Shown here: in pieces, positions 63,791 to 64,000 of the stretch
How positions within the stretch are numbered: the stretch's first letter is position 1
How the letters are laid out: each line of letters opens with the position of its first letter
Origin: an uncultured Candidatus Rokubacteria bacterium
GTDB taxonomy: Bacteria; Methylomirabilota; Methylomirabilia; Rokubacteriales; CSP1-6
Assembly (NCBI GenBank): GCA_963771355.1
Contig: CAVYTA010000005.1
Location: forward strand, 32,001 to 96,000
Length of the DNA stretch: 64,000 bases
Direction of reading: 5' to 3'
Made by a program: the position numbers and the translations under genes
Notes under the pieces: generated by a model
Told to the model about the DNA's origin: nothing
Databases searched by the model: none
What the model saw: only the letters and a program-made list of their open reading frames with translations

Positions 63791-64000
63791 CTACAGTTGA
63801 TCGCGCATTGGCAGCAGGGGGAGATAGAAGAGACGGCTGAGCCCTTGCTTCATATCGTCGTCGGAGAGCCGGCGCGAGAGCTTGAGATCCTCCCGGAAGA
63901 CGTCGGAGAGACGACGCGCGATACCGGGGTCGAGGAAGACAAGGTTGAGCTCGGCGTTCAACGCGAACGAGCGGTTGTCCAGATTGGCGCTCCCGATACT
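63791..64000 (-). CDS. cardiolipin synthase / PLD family, C-terminal part (truncated by window edge)
   Basis: IGSANLDNRSFALNAELN...FREDL. Confidence 0.8.
   Translation of the reverse strand, partial: SIGSANLDNRSFALNAELNLVFLDPGIARRLSDVFREDLKLSRRLSDDDMKQGLSRLFYLPLLPMRDQL

Overview
A very GC-rich, accessory-type bacterial region with about 55 genes: hydrolases, oxidoreductases, CoA ligases, two ABC importers, a multi-GAF histidine kinase and class III cyclases. The gene repertoire is reminiscent of Rokubacteria/Methylomirabilota (inference only). The strongest hidden signal is at the window start. Two apparent short ORFs (17-289 and 308-586) form one AhpD/CMD-family reading frame with an in-frame TGA at the second Cys of the CxxC motif, followed by a bacterial-SECIS-like hairpin, so it is a probable selenoprotein. 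Other points: an identical ECF42-type promoter before two distant YciI/DGPF genes; a consensus sigma-54 promoter before a ferritin-like diiron gene; a split FluG/NodGS-like GS + amidohydrolase pair; a TPR-fused archaemetzincin that has lost its zinc motif; an ACP/acyltransferase/PKS-type methyltransferase/FabG mini-cluster; an ISNCY (IS1202-like) element with 11-bp flanking direct repeats; many apparently leaderless genes; and numerous short gene remnants. Frameshifts cluster in a few loci and may be sequencing errors. I saw no rRNA, tRNA or CRISPR array. All family calls come from motif recognition, not database searches.
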